64,000 nt of DNA from Antedon mediterranea (Eukaryota; Animalia; Echinodermata), in the NCBI RefSeq assembly GCF_964355755.1, contig NC_092672.1, forward strand, positions 4,774,001-4,838,000, in the 5' to 3' direction. Position numbers and translations under genes: made by a program. The notes under the pieces are model-generated. The model was not told where the DNA came from, searched no databases, and saw only the letters and a program-made list of their open reading frames with translations. This document shows, piece by piece, positions 43,060 to 53,783 of this stretch; the stretch's first letter is position 1; every line of letters begins with the position of its first letter.

Positions 43060-44837
43060 TGTACTGATTTCTAATCAGTAGGTTAATTTGTATAGCGCCA
43101 TCGTGCGGGTCCTTTTGGACAGATATGAGAACGTGATAATTAATTGTTTGTTTAGAGGACATAATAATCAACAAAGTTGTTATGTTGAATTTGAGCTACG
43201 ATACCGGAACCGGTAATGCTTTGTTATAGATGTTTTTTAGCTTTAGTTATGATACATTTAATATTCGTGACTCCTTCTTGCTTAGGCAGATTGGCATTAT
43301 TTAGATGGCGAGGTCGTTTAGACTCGCCGCCTAGAGCATGGAGGGTTGGAGTGGCATGTCCGGCGATTTTTTTTTTCGTACATAAGTTGGGGACCCCCTC
43401 ATGAAACGTCACAAAATAAACATGAATAATTCATCAGTTAAATTTTCTTGTTCCGTGTGCACCCAAGCGTATAGCAACAAAAAGTGATTACACAACTGCG
43501 ATACGATACTTTCTACAGTAGGCCTAGGATTCCAAGTCAATTCACGTGATTGCCTTCGCGCACTCTTCTTCACACAAAATGTGTCGAGTCGAGGCTAATC
43601 GACAGCTAGGCAAGACATTATAATTCATTGGACATAGCCCAAAGAAAGCTTAGACCCACAAGAATAAAGAATGTGTATAATTTGTGTACTGTATTTTTTT
43701 AATTCTGCTATTTTATTATCAAACAATATAGCATGTACTCAAAGGAATTTTAAAAATGCGCGTATATGAACACATGAGATGGGAAGATTTGACCCACGAC
43801 AATAAAAAATGTATTTTTGTGTAATGTTTATTGTTTAATTTTGCTGACTTATTACTCGGATTGTGTCATACCAAAGATAGTAAGTGTAACTATCTTTGGT
43901 CATACCTAACACACGCACGTCACACACACCCACACAGCTACTACTAGAATAGACATGGGTTTAGAGACTAATAATTAGGCCTAATAGTATTAATAGAAAC
44001 TATAGTTTTAACACGTAATTCTTTAGTAATAAAATTATATTAAAAACACCATAAACTAAAGGCTGATTATTTCGACAATCCACACAAAACGCCGCTATTC
44101 TTCTATGAAATCGCACGCCGCAACAACAGCGGAGATAGGCCTAGAATCGTACCGCACTTGTGTAATCACTTCTTGTTGCTATACGCTTGGGTGCACACGG
44201 AACAAGAAAATTTAACTGATGAATTATTCATGTTTATTTTGTGACGTTTCATGAGGGGGTCCCCAACTTATGTACGAAAAAAAAAATCGCGGCCGGAGCA
44301 GGTTGTCATGGGTGTCGCTGTTCTGTGGAGCCCACTTTTATGACCTCAGTTGTTTGTTTACATTGTTTATTTAAATTGTTATTTACTGATTATTATCATT
44401 ACGTTTACTGATAGCAGAATGATTGTAGAAGTTATGACGTGAACTTTAAGATTACTTTATAGTTATTTAGTCTATTTAAGACATGCAAATTTGCATCATG
44501 TATCACACAGTTAGCTGCACGTCATGGTGTGTTGTGCACATCTGAGCGGTCGTTCCGCTTGACGAAGCATAGATTACGTCATGTATGGTTGAGATACGTC
44601 ATTGTTCTCTTCCTAAGTTTTAATGTTGTATTTACCTCAGTTTGAGGTTGTATTTGCTGATTGCTATTACTTGTTTGTTTTCAGTAATTTACGGCTAGAG
44701 GCTAGAGGCTAGAGGCTAGAGGCTAGAGGCTAGAGATTAGAGGTTAGAGATATATGAAGAAATAAAGGCTGTAATACAGCATAAATGAGCCAGTAAATTC
44801 GTCGGTAGCGTTTCATTCTTAAGTACGTGTACTTACA
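43060..44837 (+). repeat. 5' LTR of the BEL element, split by a 928-bp insertion
   Basis: 43060-43357 matches 50254-50551 and 44291-44837 matches 50552-51091, except for 6 vs 5 copies of the GGCTAGA heptamer. Confidence 0.95.
43363..44290. mobile_element. 928-bp non-autonomous TIR DNA element inserted in the 5' LTR
   Basis: About 118-bp perfect TIRs (about 145 bp imperfect) starting GCGATTTTTTTTTTCGTACATAAG. Absent from the 3' LTR. Flanked by GTCCG / GGCCG; the empty site is GGCCG. Confidence 0.92.
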
Positions 44838-44881
44838 GTAAATTACGGAGGTATTTCAACCAATCCTGAAAGTGAAGCAAG

Positions 44882-47800
44882 ATGCCCGCTAGCACATCTG
44901 ATCAAAAGGACAAGCTGAAACACTCCAGAAGAGTAAAAAGGGGAGCATTCACTAGAGCCTTAAATGTATTAAAAGCAGCGACAGCTGAAGAAAATGAGAA
45001 GGAAGTAGTAGAGAATGCTCTTGAAAGACTGCTAAATGCGTCTAATGGAGTAGAACAAGTTCATGATGCACTCGTTGCAATACTTGACACTGAACCTGAA
45101 TTAGAAGAAGCAGAAACGTATATTGAAATTGTGTTATTAGAGTTCACACAAGGTCTGCAAATAGGGAAAAAATATTTAGCAGATATCAAGGCAAGGGAGA
45201 CATCAGTGGTGGATACTACTACCAGCAACAGGGAGGATGATGACCGAAACGTAAGCAGCAATGCAATTGCGAAATTCCTAATGAAGAAAGATTTGATCAG
45301 CAATGGTTTGATTAAATTTGATGACAGTCCATTAAATTACAGATCATGGATGGGTACGTTTAAGGCAATTGTCAAAGAGCTATCCTTGAGTGCACGAGAA
45401 GAGTGTGATTTGATGATTAAATGGCTAGGTCCTGAATCGAGGAAAATAGTAATGAGGTTAAGGGCGGTTCATCTAGACAACCCTGAAAATGGCCTAAAGG
45501 ACATGTGGAAACGCTTAAATGAAGAGTATGGTGCCCCAGAGTTGATTGAGAGTGTTCTATTAAAGAAATTAGAAACCTTCCCGAGGATCAAAGATGACCA
45601 TCAGCTGAAGGAAATGTCAGACCTGTTAAGGGAAATTGAAGTAGCGAAATCAGATAAAAGACTACCAGGATTGGCCTGCTTTGATACCGCAAGGGGTGTT
45701 AATATGGTGACAGAAAAACTATCATACCAACTACAAGACCGGTGGCGTACAACCGGGGCAAGGTATAAAGCCGATAAAGATGTGTCGTTCCCGCCATTCA
45801 ATGTTTTTGTAGAGTTTGTTGCAAAAGAGGCCAAGGTACGTAACGACCCGTCATTTCAGATTACATCTGCATCAAAAAGCCGTGATAGCCATAAGGGAAA
45901 TAAATCTGGTGATTCCGCAAGAGCTTATAGTACTCAGTCCAAGCAGAAAAGGTGTTTTTGTTGTGACGGAAATCACACAGTGGAAGGATGTGATAAATTT
46001 AAGGGTTTAGAATTGAAACAGCGAGAAGAGCTAATAAGAAGGAAAGGATTATGTAGAGGTTGCTTGAAAAAAGGGCACATATGGAGAGAATGTAAGTGCC
46101 GAAGGATTTGTGATATATGTAAAGGCGAGCACCCTACTATCATGCATAGATTTTCAAACAGTACTGCTGAACCACCTGTAGTATCTTCGAACAGTGCAGC
46201 TGAACCACCTGTAGTATCTTCAAACAGCGCAGATAAACCACCTGTAGTATCTTCAAACAATTTGTGCAGCAATACATGTGACAATGAACAGTGTTGCTCT
46301 TCAATAGTGCCTGTGTGGATTGAATATGAGAAACAGGAAAGCATAACATACGCCCTTCTTGATGAGCAGTCAGACTCCTGTTTTATCTCAGCAAAACTTG
46401 CACAAGAATTAAAAACCAAGGGTGTCCGCATACAACTGGAAATATCAACAGTACTTACAAAGGGATGTGTTACTTCGGAGAAGATAAATGGTTTGAAGGT
46501 GAGAGGACTTAAAGAAGGGAAAACTATAAGTTTACCAGCAGCCTATACTCGGGATTCCATACCAGTATCAAGACACCAGATTCCTACTCCAAACTCAGTG
46601 AATGGTTGGCAGCATCTACAGAAAATAAAAAATGACTTAAGTCCACTTCTTGATATTGAAGTTGGTCTAATAATAGGCCACAATTGTTCTAGTGCACTGA
46701 TGCCAAGGGAAGTGGTACAAGGTAATCATGACGAAGATCCGTACGCAATTAAGACCTTATTAGGATGGGGTGTGGTAGGTGTCATTAAGGCACGGAAGGG
46801 AGAATCCACCAACAATGTGAAGCAATTCTCCTTCAAAACAACTACTAAAGAAGTAATAAAGGTGCTGGAAAGAGATTTCTTGGATGATCGTATAAATGGA
46901 AAAATGATATCAGTCGAGGACACAAAATTCTTGAACGCTATGCAAAAAGGATGTAGAACAGAAAATGGACATATCCAACTGCCATTACCATTTAAATTGG
47001 AAATTCCCAAGTTGCCTAACAACAAAGTAGCTGTTGGTAAGAGGTTAATTCAGCTGAGACACAAAATGATAAAACAGCCATCATTCGCTGCAAAATATAA
47101 AGAGTTTATGACTAGTATCATAGACAAAGGTCAGGCAGAAAAGGTACCTACAGAAGAACTTGTGTGTGAGTGTGAAAACGTATGGTATATTCCACATCAT
47201 GGAATATTTCACCCTAAAAAACCAGAAAAATTGAGGGTAGTTATGGACTGTGCATCACGCTACCAAGGTATATCCCTAAACGATATGTTACTCACTGGTC
47301 CAAATTTAACTAACAATCTAGTGGGTGTGATGCTAAGGTTCAGACAAGATCGCATAGCAGTCGTTGGCGATGTTGAAGGAATGTTCCATCAGGTTTTAGT
47401 GGCGCCGGAGCATCGAAACTTTTTGAGGTTCTTGTGGTGGCAACATGGTAATTTAAATGAAGAGCCCACTGATTACCGAATGCTCGTTCACGTTTTTGGA
47501 GCGGCTTCATCTCCTGGCTGTGCCAACTATGGATTTAAAAAAGTAGCAGATTTGTATGAAAACGAGTATGGGACTGATGCTGCTGAATTCGTCCGCAGAG
47601 GATTCTACGTGGATGATGGCTTAAAGGCTGTTCCAACGATCGATGCTGCTATCAGTTTGATAAAGAGAACTGTGGATATGCTTAGCAGAGGCGGCTTTAG
47701 GTTGCACAAATTTCTCTCTAATTCTCCAGAGGTATTGAAGTCCTTACCCGCCACGTCAATTGCTTCCAAAGTAAACCAGTTGGACTTGAGTGATCTTCCT

Positions 47801-50128
47801 ACAGAGCGGACGTTGGGTATATTGTGGAATGCAGCGGAAGATACCTTTACATTTGAAGCCAATTTGAGAAATAAGCCATCAACTAGAAGAGGTATTCTGT
47901 CTACGGTGAGTGCTATATTTGACCCTCTTGGGTTTGTTGGTCCTTACGTTCTGTTGGGTAAACGCATATTGCAGGAGATTTGTGCTGGTGGTGCTGAATG
48001 GGATCATCCGGTTGGTGAAGAAACCCTTAGATCATGGGAAGAATGGAAAAAGCAATTGGTGTACTTGAAAGACGTCAGTATTGAAAGATGTTATAAGCCA
48101 ATAAGCAATAGAAATTCAGAAATTGTATCCACCGAGCTACACCATTTTAGTGATGCGAGCGAGAAAGGATACGGTCAGTGTTCATACTTACGACTTGTTG
48201 ATAAAGAAGGTAAAGTGAAGACATCACTCTTAATTAGCAAATGCCGTGTAGCTCCTAAGAGAATGATAACTATACCAAGGTTGGAACTGGCAGCTGCAGT
48301 GGTATCGGTTAAGGTTGCATCCATGCTGAAAGAAGAGATAGAGTATCCGAACGTCACTGAGTATTTCTGGACTGACAGCCAAGTAGTCATTGGATATATT
48401 AATAATGAAGCGAAAAGGTTTAACACCTTTGTAGCTAATAGGGTGCAACAAATTCACGATGCGAGCACTAGTGGTCAGTGGCACTACGTAAGCAGTGAGG
48501 ATAATCCCGCTGATATTGCATCACGTGGAATGGATGCTGAGAAATTGAGAGATTGCGAGAGGTGGTGGCATGGACCAGCTTTCTTAAACCGTGAAAAATA
48601 TACAATCAACCAGTTACATATTGAAATAAAAGATGACGATGTGGAAGTAAGGCAAGCTAAGGTGTTTGCAACACAAGTGAAAACTGAACTGATTCCAGAC
48701 ATGTTAAGAAGAACTTCCAGTTGGCACAAGGTACGACAAATACTTGCAAGGTGTTTAATCTTTATTTATAAATTAAGAGGATGGAAGCGATCCGGAGAAG
48801 TTACGGTAGAAGACCTAACTAGAAGTGAAAAATTGATAATTAAAGCTGTGCAATACAATGAATGGAAGGATTTGAATGCGCTGGTGAAGTTAGACCCAGT
48901 CGTAGACAACGATGGATTGCTGCGTGTAGGAGGTCGTTTAAAGAAAACTAATCTACCAGAAGAAATTAAACATCCAGTAATCATCCCTGCAAAAAGTGAT
49001 TTAACCCGATTAATAGTCAGTCATTACCATAATCAAGTGTACCACCAAGGTAGAGGGATTACTCTTAATGCGGTGCGAGCTGCTGGGTTCTGGATGATAG
49101 GTGGCGTGGCATCTGTCTCGAGATATATTCACGACTGCACGGTATGTCGTCGACTTAGACGACCTACAGAACTCCAGCGTATGGCAGATCTACCAGTCGA
49201 AAGAGCCGAGGCAGGTCCTGCCTTTAGTTACTGTGGCGTAGACTTCTTTGGGCCGATCATTGTAAAAAATGGTAGAAAGGAACTTAAGCGCTATGGTGTG
49301 CTATTTACATGTTTGGTGTCTCGAAGTGTGCACCTGGAGATAGCCAGCTCGTTATCGACAGATTCCTTTATGAATGCCTTTCGGCGATTTTTATGTAGGA
49401 GAGGACCCGTCAGACAAATGAGGTCCGACCAAGGAACCAATTTTATTGGTGCCACAAGAGAGCTGAAGGAAGCAGTAAAAGAGATGGATCAAGAGGCAAT
49501 TCGCATAAATATGCTAAGGTTAAATTGTGATTGGAAATTTAACACACCCACTGCAAGCCATCACGGAGGAGCTTGGGAGCGTATGATCAGAACAACCAGA
49601 AACATTTTTGATAGCTTAATGCTTCAGCATAAGGCGTTATTGAATGATGACATGCTGAGCACATTTATGACAGAAGCAGAAGCAATAATTAACAGCAGAC
49701 CTTTATGTGCTACTAACGATGCATCTTTAGAACCGTTGACACCATTTCACTTGTTAACGATGAAAAGCAGTGCGGTGTATGCTCCGCCAGGAAACTTCAA
49801 AAGGGACGGGAAGTTTAGCCGGAAGCTCTGGAGAAGAGTCCAGCACCTGGCGGATACGTTTTGGAGTAGATGGCAAAAAGAATATATTATCAATTTACAG
49901 CAAAGACAGAAGTGGACTAAGAAGAAAAGAAACATAAGCATTGGAGATATTGTACTTTTGTATGAAGAAGGTGTCCCGAGAAATCATTGGGAGCTTGCTC
50001 GAGTTACTAATACCAAGCCGAGTGATGATGGTTTAGTGAGAAGCGTCACTGTCTTCGTTGGACGAAGAAGAACAACATTGGATAGGCCAGTAACCAAGAT
50101 TGTGTTGTTGGTTCCTAAAGATCAGTAA
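44882..50128 (+). CDS. BEL/Pao gag-pol polyprotein (1748 aa)
   Basis: Gag with three Cys/His knuckles (CFCCDGNH...C, CRGCLKKGH...C, CDICKGEHPTIMH); aspartic protease ALLDEQSDS; RT ..PHH..KLRVVMD..FYVDD; RNase H LHHFSDASE; integrase HHCC plus VDFFGP, SDQGTNF, GGAWER; C-terminal FWSRWQKEY...DDGLVR. Domain order PR-RT-RH-IN. Confidence 0.97.
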   Translation: MPASTSDQKDKLKHSRRVKRGAFTRALNVLKAATAEENEKEVVENALERLLNASNGVEQVHDALVAILDTEPELEEAETYIEIVLLEFTQGLQIGKKYLADIKARETSVVDTTTSNREDDDRNVSSNAIAKFLMKKDLISNGLIKFDDSPLNYRSWMGTFKAIVKELSLSAREECDLMIKWLGPESRKIVMRLRAVHLDNPENGLKDMWKRLNEEYGAPELIESVLLKKLETFPRIKDDHQLKEMSDLLREIEVAKSDKRLPGLACFDTARGVNMVTEKLSYQLQDRWRTTGARYKADKDVSFPPFNVFVEFVAKEAKVRNDPSFQITSASKSRDSHKGNKSGDSARAYSTQSKQKRCFCCDGNHTVEGCDKFKGLELKQREELIRRKGLCRGCLKKGHIWRECKCRRICDICKGEHPTIMHRFSNSTAEPPVVSSNSAAEPPVVSSNSADKPPVVSSNNLCSNTCDNEQCCSSIVPVWIEYEKQESITYALLDEQSDSCFISAKLAQELKTKGVRIQLEISTVLTKGCVTSEKINGLKVRGLKEGKTISLPAAYTRDSIPVSRHQIPTPNSVNGWQHLQKIKNDLSPLLDIEVGLIIGHNCSSALMPREVVQGNHDEDPYAIKTLLGWGVVGVIKARKGESTNNVKQFSFKTTTKEVIKVLERDFLDDRINGKMISVEDTKFLNAMQKGCRTENGHIQLPLPFKLEIPKLPNNKVAVGKRLIQLRHKMIKQPSFAAKYKEFMTSIIDKGQAEKVPTEELVCECENVWYIPHHGIFHPKKPEKLRVVMDCASRYQGISLNDMLLTGPNLTNNLVGVMLRFRQDRIAVVGDVEGMFHQVLVAPEHRNFLRFLWWQHGNLNEEPTDYRMLVHVFGAASSPGCANYGFKKVADLYENEYGTDAAEFVRRGFYVDDGLKAVPTIDAAISLIKRTVDMLSRGGFRLHKFLSNSPEVLKSLPATSIASKVNQLDLSDLPTERTLGILWNAAEDTFTFEANLRNKPSTRRGILSTVSAIFDPLGFVGPYVLLGKRILQEICAGGAEWDHPVGEETLRSWEEWKKQLVYLKDVSIERCYKPISNRNSEIVSTELHHFSDASEKGYGQCSYLRLVDKEGKVKTSLLISKCRVAPKRMITIPRLELAAAVVSVKVASMLKEEIEYPNVTEYFWTDSQVVIGYINNEAKRFNTFVANRVQQIHDASTSGQWHYVSSEDNPADIASRGMDAEKLRDCERWWHGPAFLNREKYTINQLHIEIKDDDVEVRQAKVFATQVKTELIPDMLRRTSSWHKVRQILARCLIFIYKLRGWKRSGEVTVEDLTRSEKLIIKAVQYNEWKDLNALVKLDPVVDNDGLLRVGGRLKKTNLPEEIKHPVIIPAKSDLTRLIVSHYHNQVYHQGRGITLNAVRAAGFWMIGGVASVSRYIHDCTVCRRLRRPTELQRMADLPVERAEAGPAFSYCGVDFFGPIIVKNGRKELKRYGVLFTCLVSRSVHLEIASSLSTDSFMNAFRRFLCRRGPVRQMRSDQGTNFIGATRELKEAVKEMDQEAIRINMLRLNCDWKFNTPTASHHGGAWERMIRTTRNIFDSLMLQHKALLNDDMLSTFMTEAEAIINSRPLCATNDASLEPLTPFHLLTMKSSAVYAPPGNFKRDGKFSRKLWRRVQHLADTFWSRWQKEYIINLQQRQKWTKKKRNISIGDIVLLYEEGVPRNHWELARVTNTKPSDDGLVRSVTVFVGRRRTTLDRPVTKIVLLVPKDQ

Positions 50129-50253
50129 TCTAACACTGCAGTTGTAGAAATTATATAATTTAGTAATTGTTTGAATCTTACTTTGTTTATTATTGATAAT
50201 TATACCATTGTTTAATGTGTTTGTTAGAAATTGTAGTCAATTTATGGGAGGCC

Positions 50254-51091
50254 TGTACTGATTTCTAATCAGTAGGTTAATTTGTATAGCGCCATCGTGC
50301 GGGTCCTTTTGGACAGATATGAGAACGTGATAATTAATTGTTTGTTTAGAGGACATAATAATCAACAAAGTTGTTATGTTGAATTTGAGCTACGATACCG
50401 GAACCGGTAATGCTTTGTTATAGATGTTTTTTAGCTTTAGTTATGATACATTTAATATTCGTGACTCCTTCTTGCTTAGGCAGATTGGCATTATTTAGAT
50501 GGCGAGGTCGTTTAGACTCGCCGCCTAGAGCATGGAGGGTTGGAGTGGCATGGCCGGAGCAGGTTGTCATGGGTGTCGCTGTTCTGTGGAGCCCACTTTT
50601 ATGACCTCAGTTGTTTGTTTACATTGTTTATTTAAATTGTTATTTACTGATTATTATCATTACGTTTACTGATAGCAGAATGATTGTAGAAGTTATGACG
50701 TGAACTTTAAGATTACTTTATAGTTATTTAGTCTATTTAAGACATGCAAATTTGCATCATGTATCACACAGTTAGCTGCACGTCATGGTGTGTTGTGCAC
50801 ATCTGAGCGGTCGTTCCGCTTGACGAAGCATAGATTACGTCATGTATGGTTGAGATACGTCATTGTTCTCTTCCTAAGTTTTAATGTTGTATTTACCTCA
50901 GTTTGAGGTTGTATTTGCTGATTGCTATTACTTGTTTGTTTTCAGTAATTTACGGCTAGAGGCTAGAGGCTAGAGGCTAGAGGCTAGAGATTAGAGGTTA
51001 GAGATATATGAAGAAATAAAGGCTGTAATACAGCATAAATGAGCCAGTAAATTCGTCGGTAGCGTTTCATTCTTAAGTACGTGTACTTACA
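50254..51091 (+). repeat. 3' LTR of the BEL element
   Basis: TGTA...TACA termini; AATAAA near the 3' end; followed by the TSD. Confidence 0.96.
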
Positions 51092-52206
51092 AATCCTTTA
51101 AATTGATGATTTTACAGATGTGTTTCTTTGTATACTGTAATGACAATGTAACTCCTCGAGCTCCCCATGCTCAATGTTTTTGTTTCTATGGAGCGCCAAA
51201 AGAGCAACAATAATAGTACAAGTATAAAAACAGAAAGAAAACGAAACAAAAAAACTTATCATGATTTTTAAATTAAAATTTATTTGCCAGTATTTATTTC
51301 TTCGTACTTGCATGATTATACTATTATCATTACAATTTTAATTTTACATTGTTCCATCCACACTGTAGATGGACTCCACAGAGTTTTCAGCCCTCTATAT
51401 AATTTTTGCTCTTTTGACGTTCCATAGAAACAAAAACATTGAACATGGCCCATCATGGGGTAGGCCTACTGTACTGTAGGCTAGTCATTTTGTGTGCGAG
51501 AAAAACGTCTGTAAAATCATCAATTTGAAAATGTATTTGTTACTTTTTATGTGATTCTTTTTCATGAAAGTGCCAATTCTAAGGTGTGGTATTCAGAATA
51601 AATGTTGGGAGTTAAAATACAAGGCAGGTGCGAAAGATAAATATTTGTAATCTTAGTTTAGGTGTTGGGTCTTAGCTTTCGTGATCTTAGGTCTTATGGG
51701 GTCTGAGCTTTCGTGACACCCATCTGTTTCATCACTTCGTCCCGCTGCTTTACCGTATTTAAGCTGATAGACATAGACTTGCCACAAGATACGGTACACA
51801 CTACTGTATTTATACGTAGCGCCACCAACAAGCATGTAAGTAACTGGATTGAAGTATGGCACGCCATCTTTTTTCACGAATATTAAACCGAATCTCCTTC
51901 TACAATGTTGACCACATCTTATTATCAGCAATTATTTGGAAAGCAGGCACAACCGGTGTAAAAGTGATGTTTTTACTGTACATTATTTTAAAAGTAAAAA
52001 AATAGAAATTCAAAATCATAAAAATGTGTCATTGTTTTCGAATAATCGTGTAGGCTAAGTTTTGCCTCGTGAGCTGGCTTAAAAAGGTGCTCTAAATCCC
52101 AAGTCTCTGTTACTTATTTATATTTATTTTTACTGTATATGGTTTTATTCAGTAAACAAATTGAAAGAACAATTGAAATTTCTATCGAAATTGCTTTATT
52201 GTGTTA

Positions 52207-52311
52207 AGGGTCTTTCACACCTGTTCCGGCGTCCTGAAAACGAAACATTAGGCCCTATTGATGTTCGATTCGCCGGACCGGAACCGTGCCGGAATAGGTG
52301 TGAACGACTCT
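52207..52311. mobile_element. Short Harbinger-like MITE
   Basis: Imperfect TIRs AGGGTCTTTCACACCTGTTCCGGC / GCCGGAATAGGTGTGAACGACTCT in a TWA context. Confidence 0.6.
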
Positions 52312-53783
52312 TTAGTCAAGTGTTTTCAAGTGTAAACATTGCGACTGGACTTCTATAATATAATAACTATAATATAAGAATCATGTTAGCACGTTAGAAT
52401 ACCTATTATACAGTACAAACCCCTTATTAAATGTTCCTGTAATATGGGTATCATCTGAAGTTAAAATGTATCTGTTCCTTTATTTTTACTGGAAAGTGTC
52501 CCCTTATATAGGTGTTCTACTGTAGTAAATTACCGCCTCATAAATACATAAATTCCAGATTTTTATTCGTTCGTAAAGAAATTCTGTCAATTTTTGTTAT
52601 AAATCGGGGGATTTGGTCATACTGTATCACAGAGTGGGGAGATAATGCTACACTGACGTTGTACGCACAAACCGCCATCTGCTCTCCTTGCTACCCCAGG
52701 GTATAAGGCAATTCATTTCACATTATAAATGGTCTTTTTATCTTTTATATCTTGTACTTAAACATTGTAACATAATTTGTATCTTTATTTAAATGCAAAC
52801 AATGTAATTTTCTATGAATAATAAATCTGAGGATCAGTTAACTCGCAATTTATTTCTATTACAGCCGAAAGAGCTTCCTGATCAATTTGTAAAGTTTATA
52901 TTTAGTTTAACCACTAATGTCTTTATATGTTTACTGTATTAACGAGTAAGTACTGAGAATCGAATCTGTGGTTAGTCACTATAGGATATTATTATAGGAT
53001 TTGTTTTCTGCGGGTAACAAAAGTAGACCTTAATCTCCTTTCATATGGAATTTTATTCATATATCATCCAATTGTGACGCAATGTACGGTGCTATACAAT
53101 ACATAGATGTAATTGTCTCCCCAACAAATAAGAGTAATAAAATTAGACATTGAAAAGCCATTTTGTAAGTAGTGTAGTTTAAATCAAGTTTATCACTTCC
53201 TTCTAAAAAATTGTGTTTTCACTTATAAAAATGGCAAAATAAACGGTAAATTCAATCAAAAACCCTGACAGCCAATCTGACTTAAATTATAGTTTTTGGT
53301 AGGCAAATAATTATGTTTTTCCCATATTTTGGGTCAAAGTTAATATCTATTATGTGACATTAAAATGGCAAACAAACCTTCAGGAGGAGGACAATCTTTA
53401 AGAATCTTATTCTTATTCTTTATTGCCAATCAAAAACAACAACAAACAACTACAAAGTAAGTCATGCCAGGAAACACAAAAGGAAACTAAATCCTTATGA
53501 CAAGAGTCTGTGAATCCTCTTACCAAGTAGCACATAATGATAAACTATAGCATTTCAATAAATATATTCAATATAAATATCCACACAGGAAATATTTAAA
53601 AAAAATTAATAAAAATACAAAAACAAGCTGAAAAGTACTCAGAGAAGAAATTCATTTTAAGTTCAAAAAATTCATTTTAAGTTTTTCTCGTTGTCTCTCC
53701 TTTTAAAGATAGGATAGGAACTTATAATAAATAATCAAGCTTGGAAACACAGTTAGGCTCCTATAAACAAATCTTCATTTTAT

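Larger units (their letters stand above)
43060..51091 (+). mobile_element. Full-length BEL/Pao LTR retrotransposon
   Basis: TG...CA LTRs at 43060-44837 (interrupted) and 50254-51091 (838 bp); 5-bp TSD AATCC (43055-43059, 51092-51096); purine tract GGGAGG before the 3' LTR; single intact gag-pol ORF. Confidence 0.97.
42606..51721. mobile_element. Non-autonomous MULE/Mutator-like foldback element (about 1.08 kb when uninterrupted), host of the BEL insertion
   Basis: About 80-90-bp TIRs starting GGGTGTCACGAAAGCTCAGACC; exact 10-bp TSD ATCTGTTTCA (42596-42605, 51722-51731); further imperfect inverted arms inside (about 42925-43010 vs 51570-51640; 51097-51210 vs 51400-51530). No transposase ORF. 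Confidence 0.88.

Noticed and set aside
43216-43404. Short ORF in both LTRs (also 50410-50604)
   Set aside because: Duplicated only because the LTRs are; no recognisable domain.
45061-49941. Multiple minus-strand ORFs inside the BEL pol gene
   Set aside because: Antisense shadows of the long gag-pol ORF; no independent signals and no env-like ORF.
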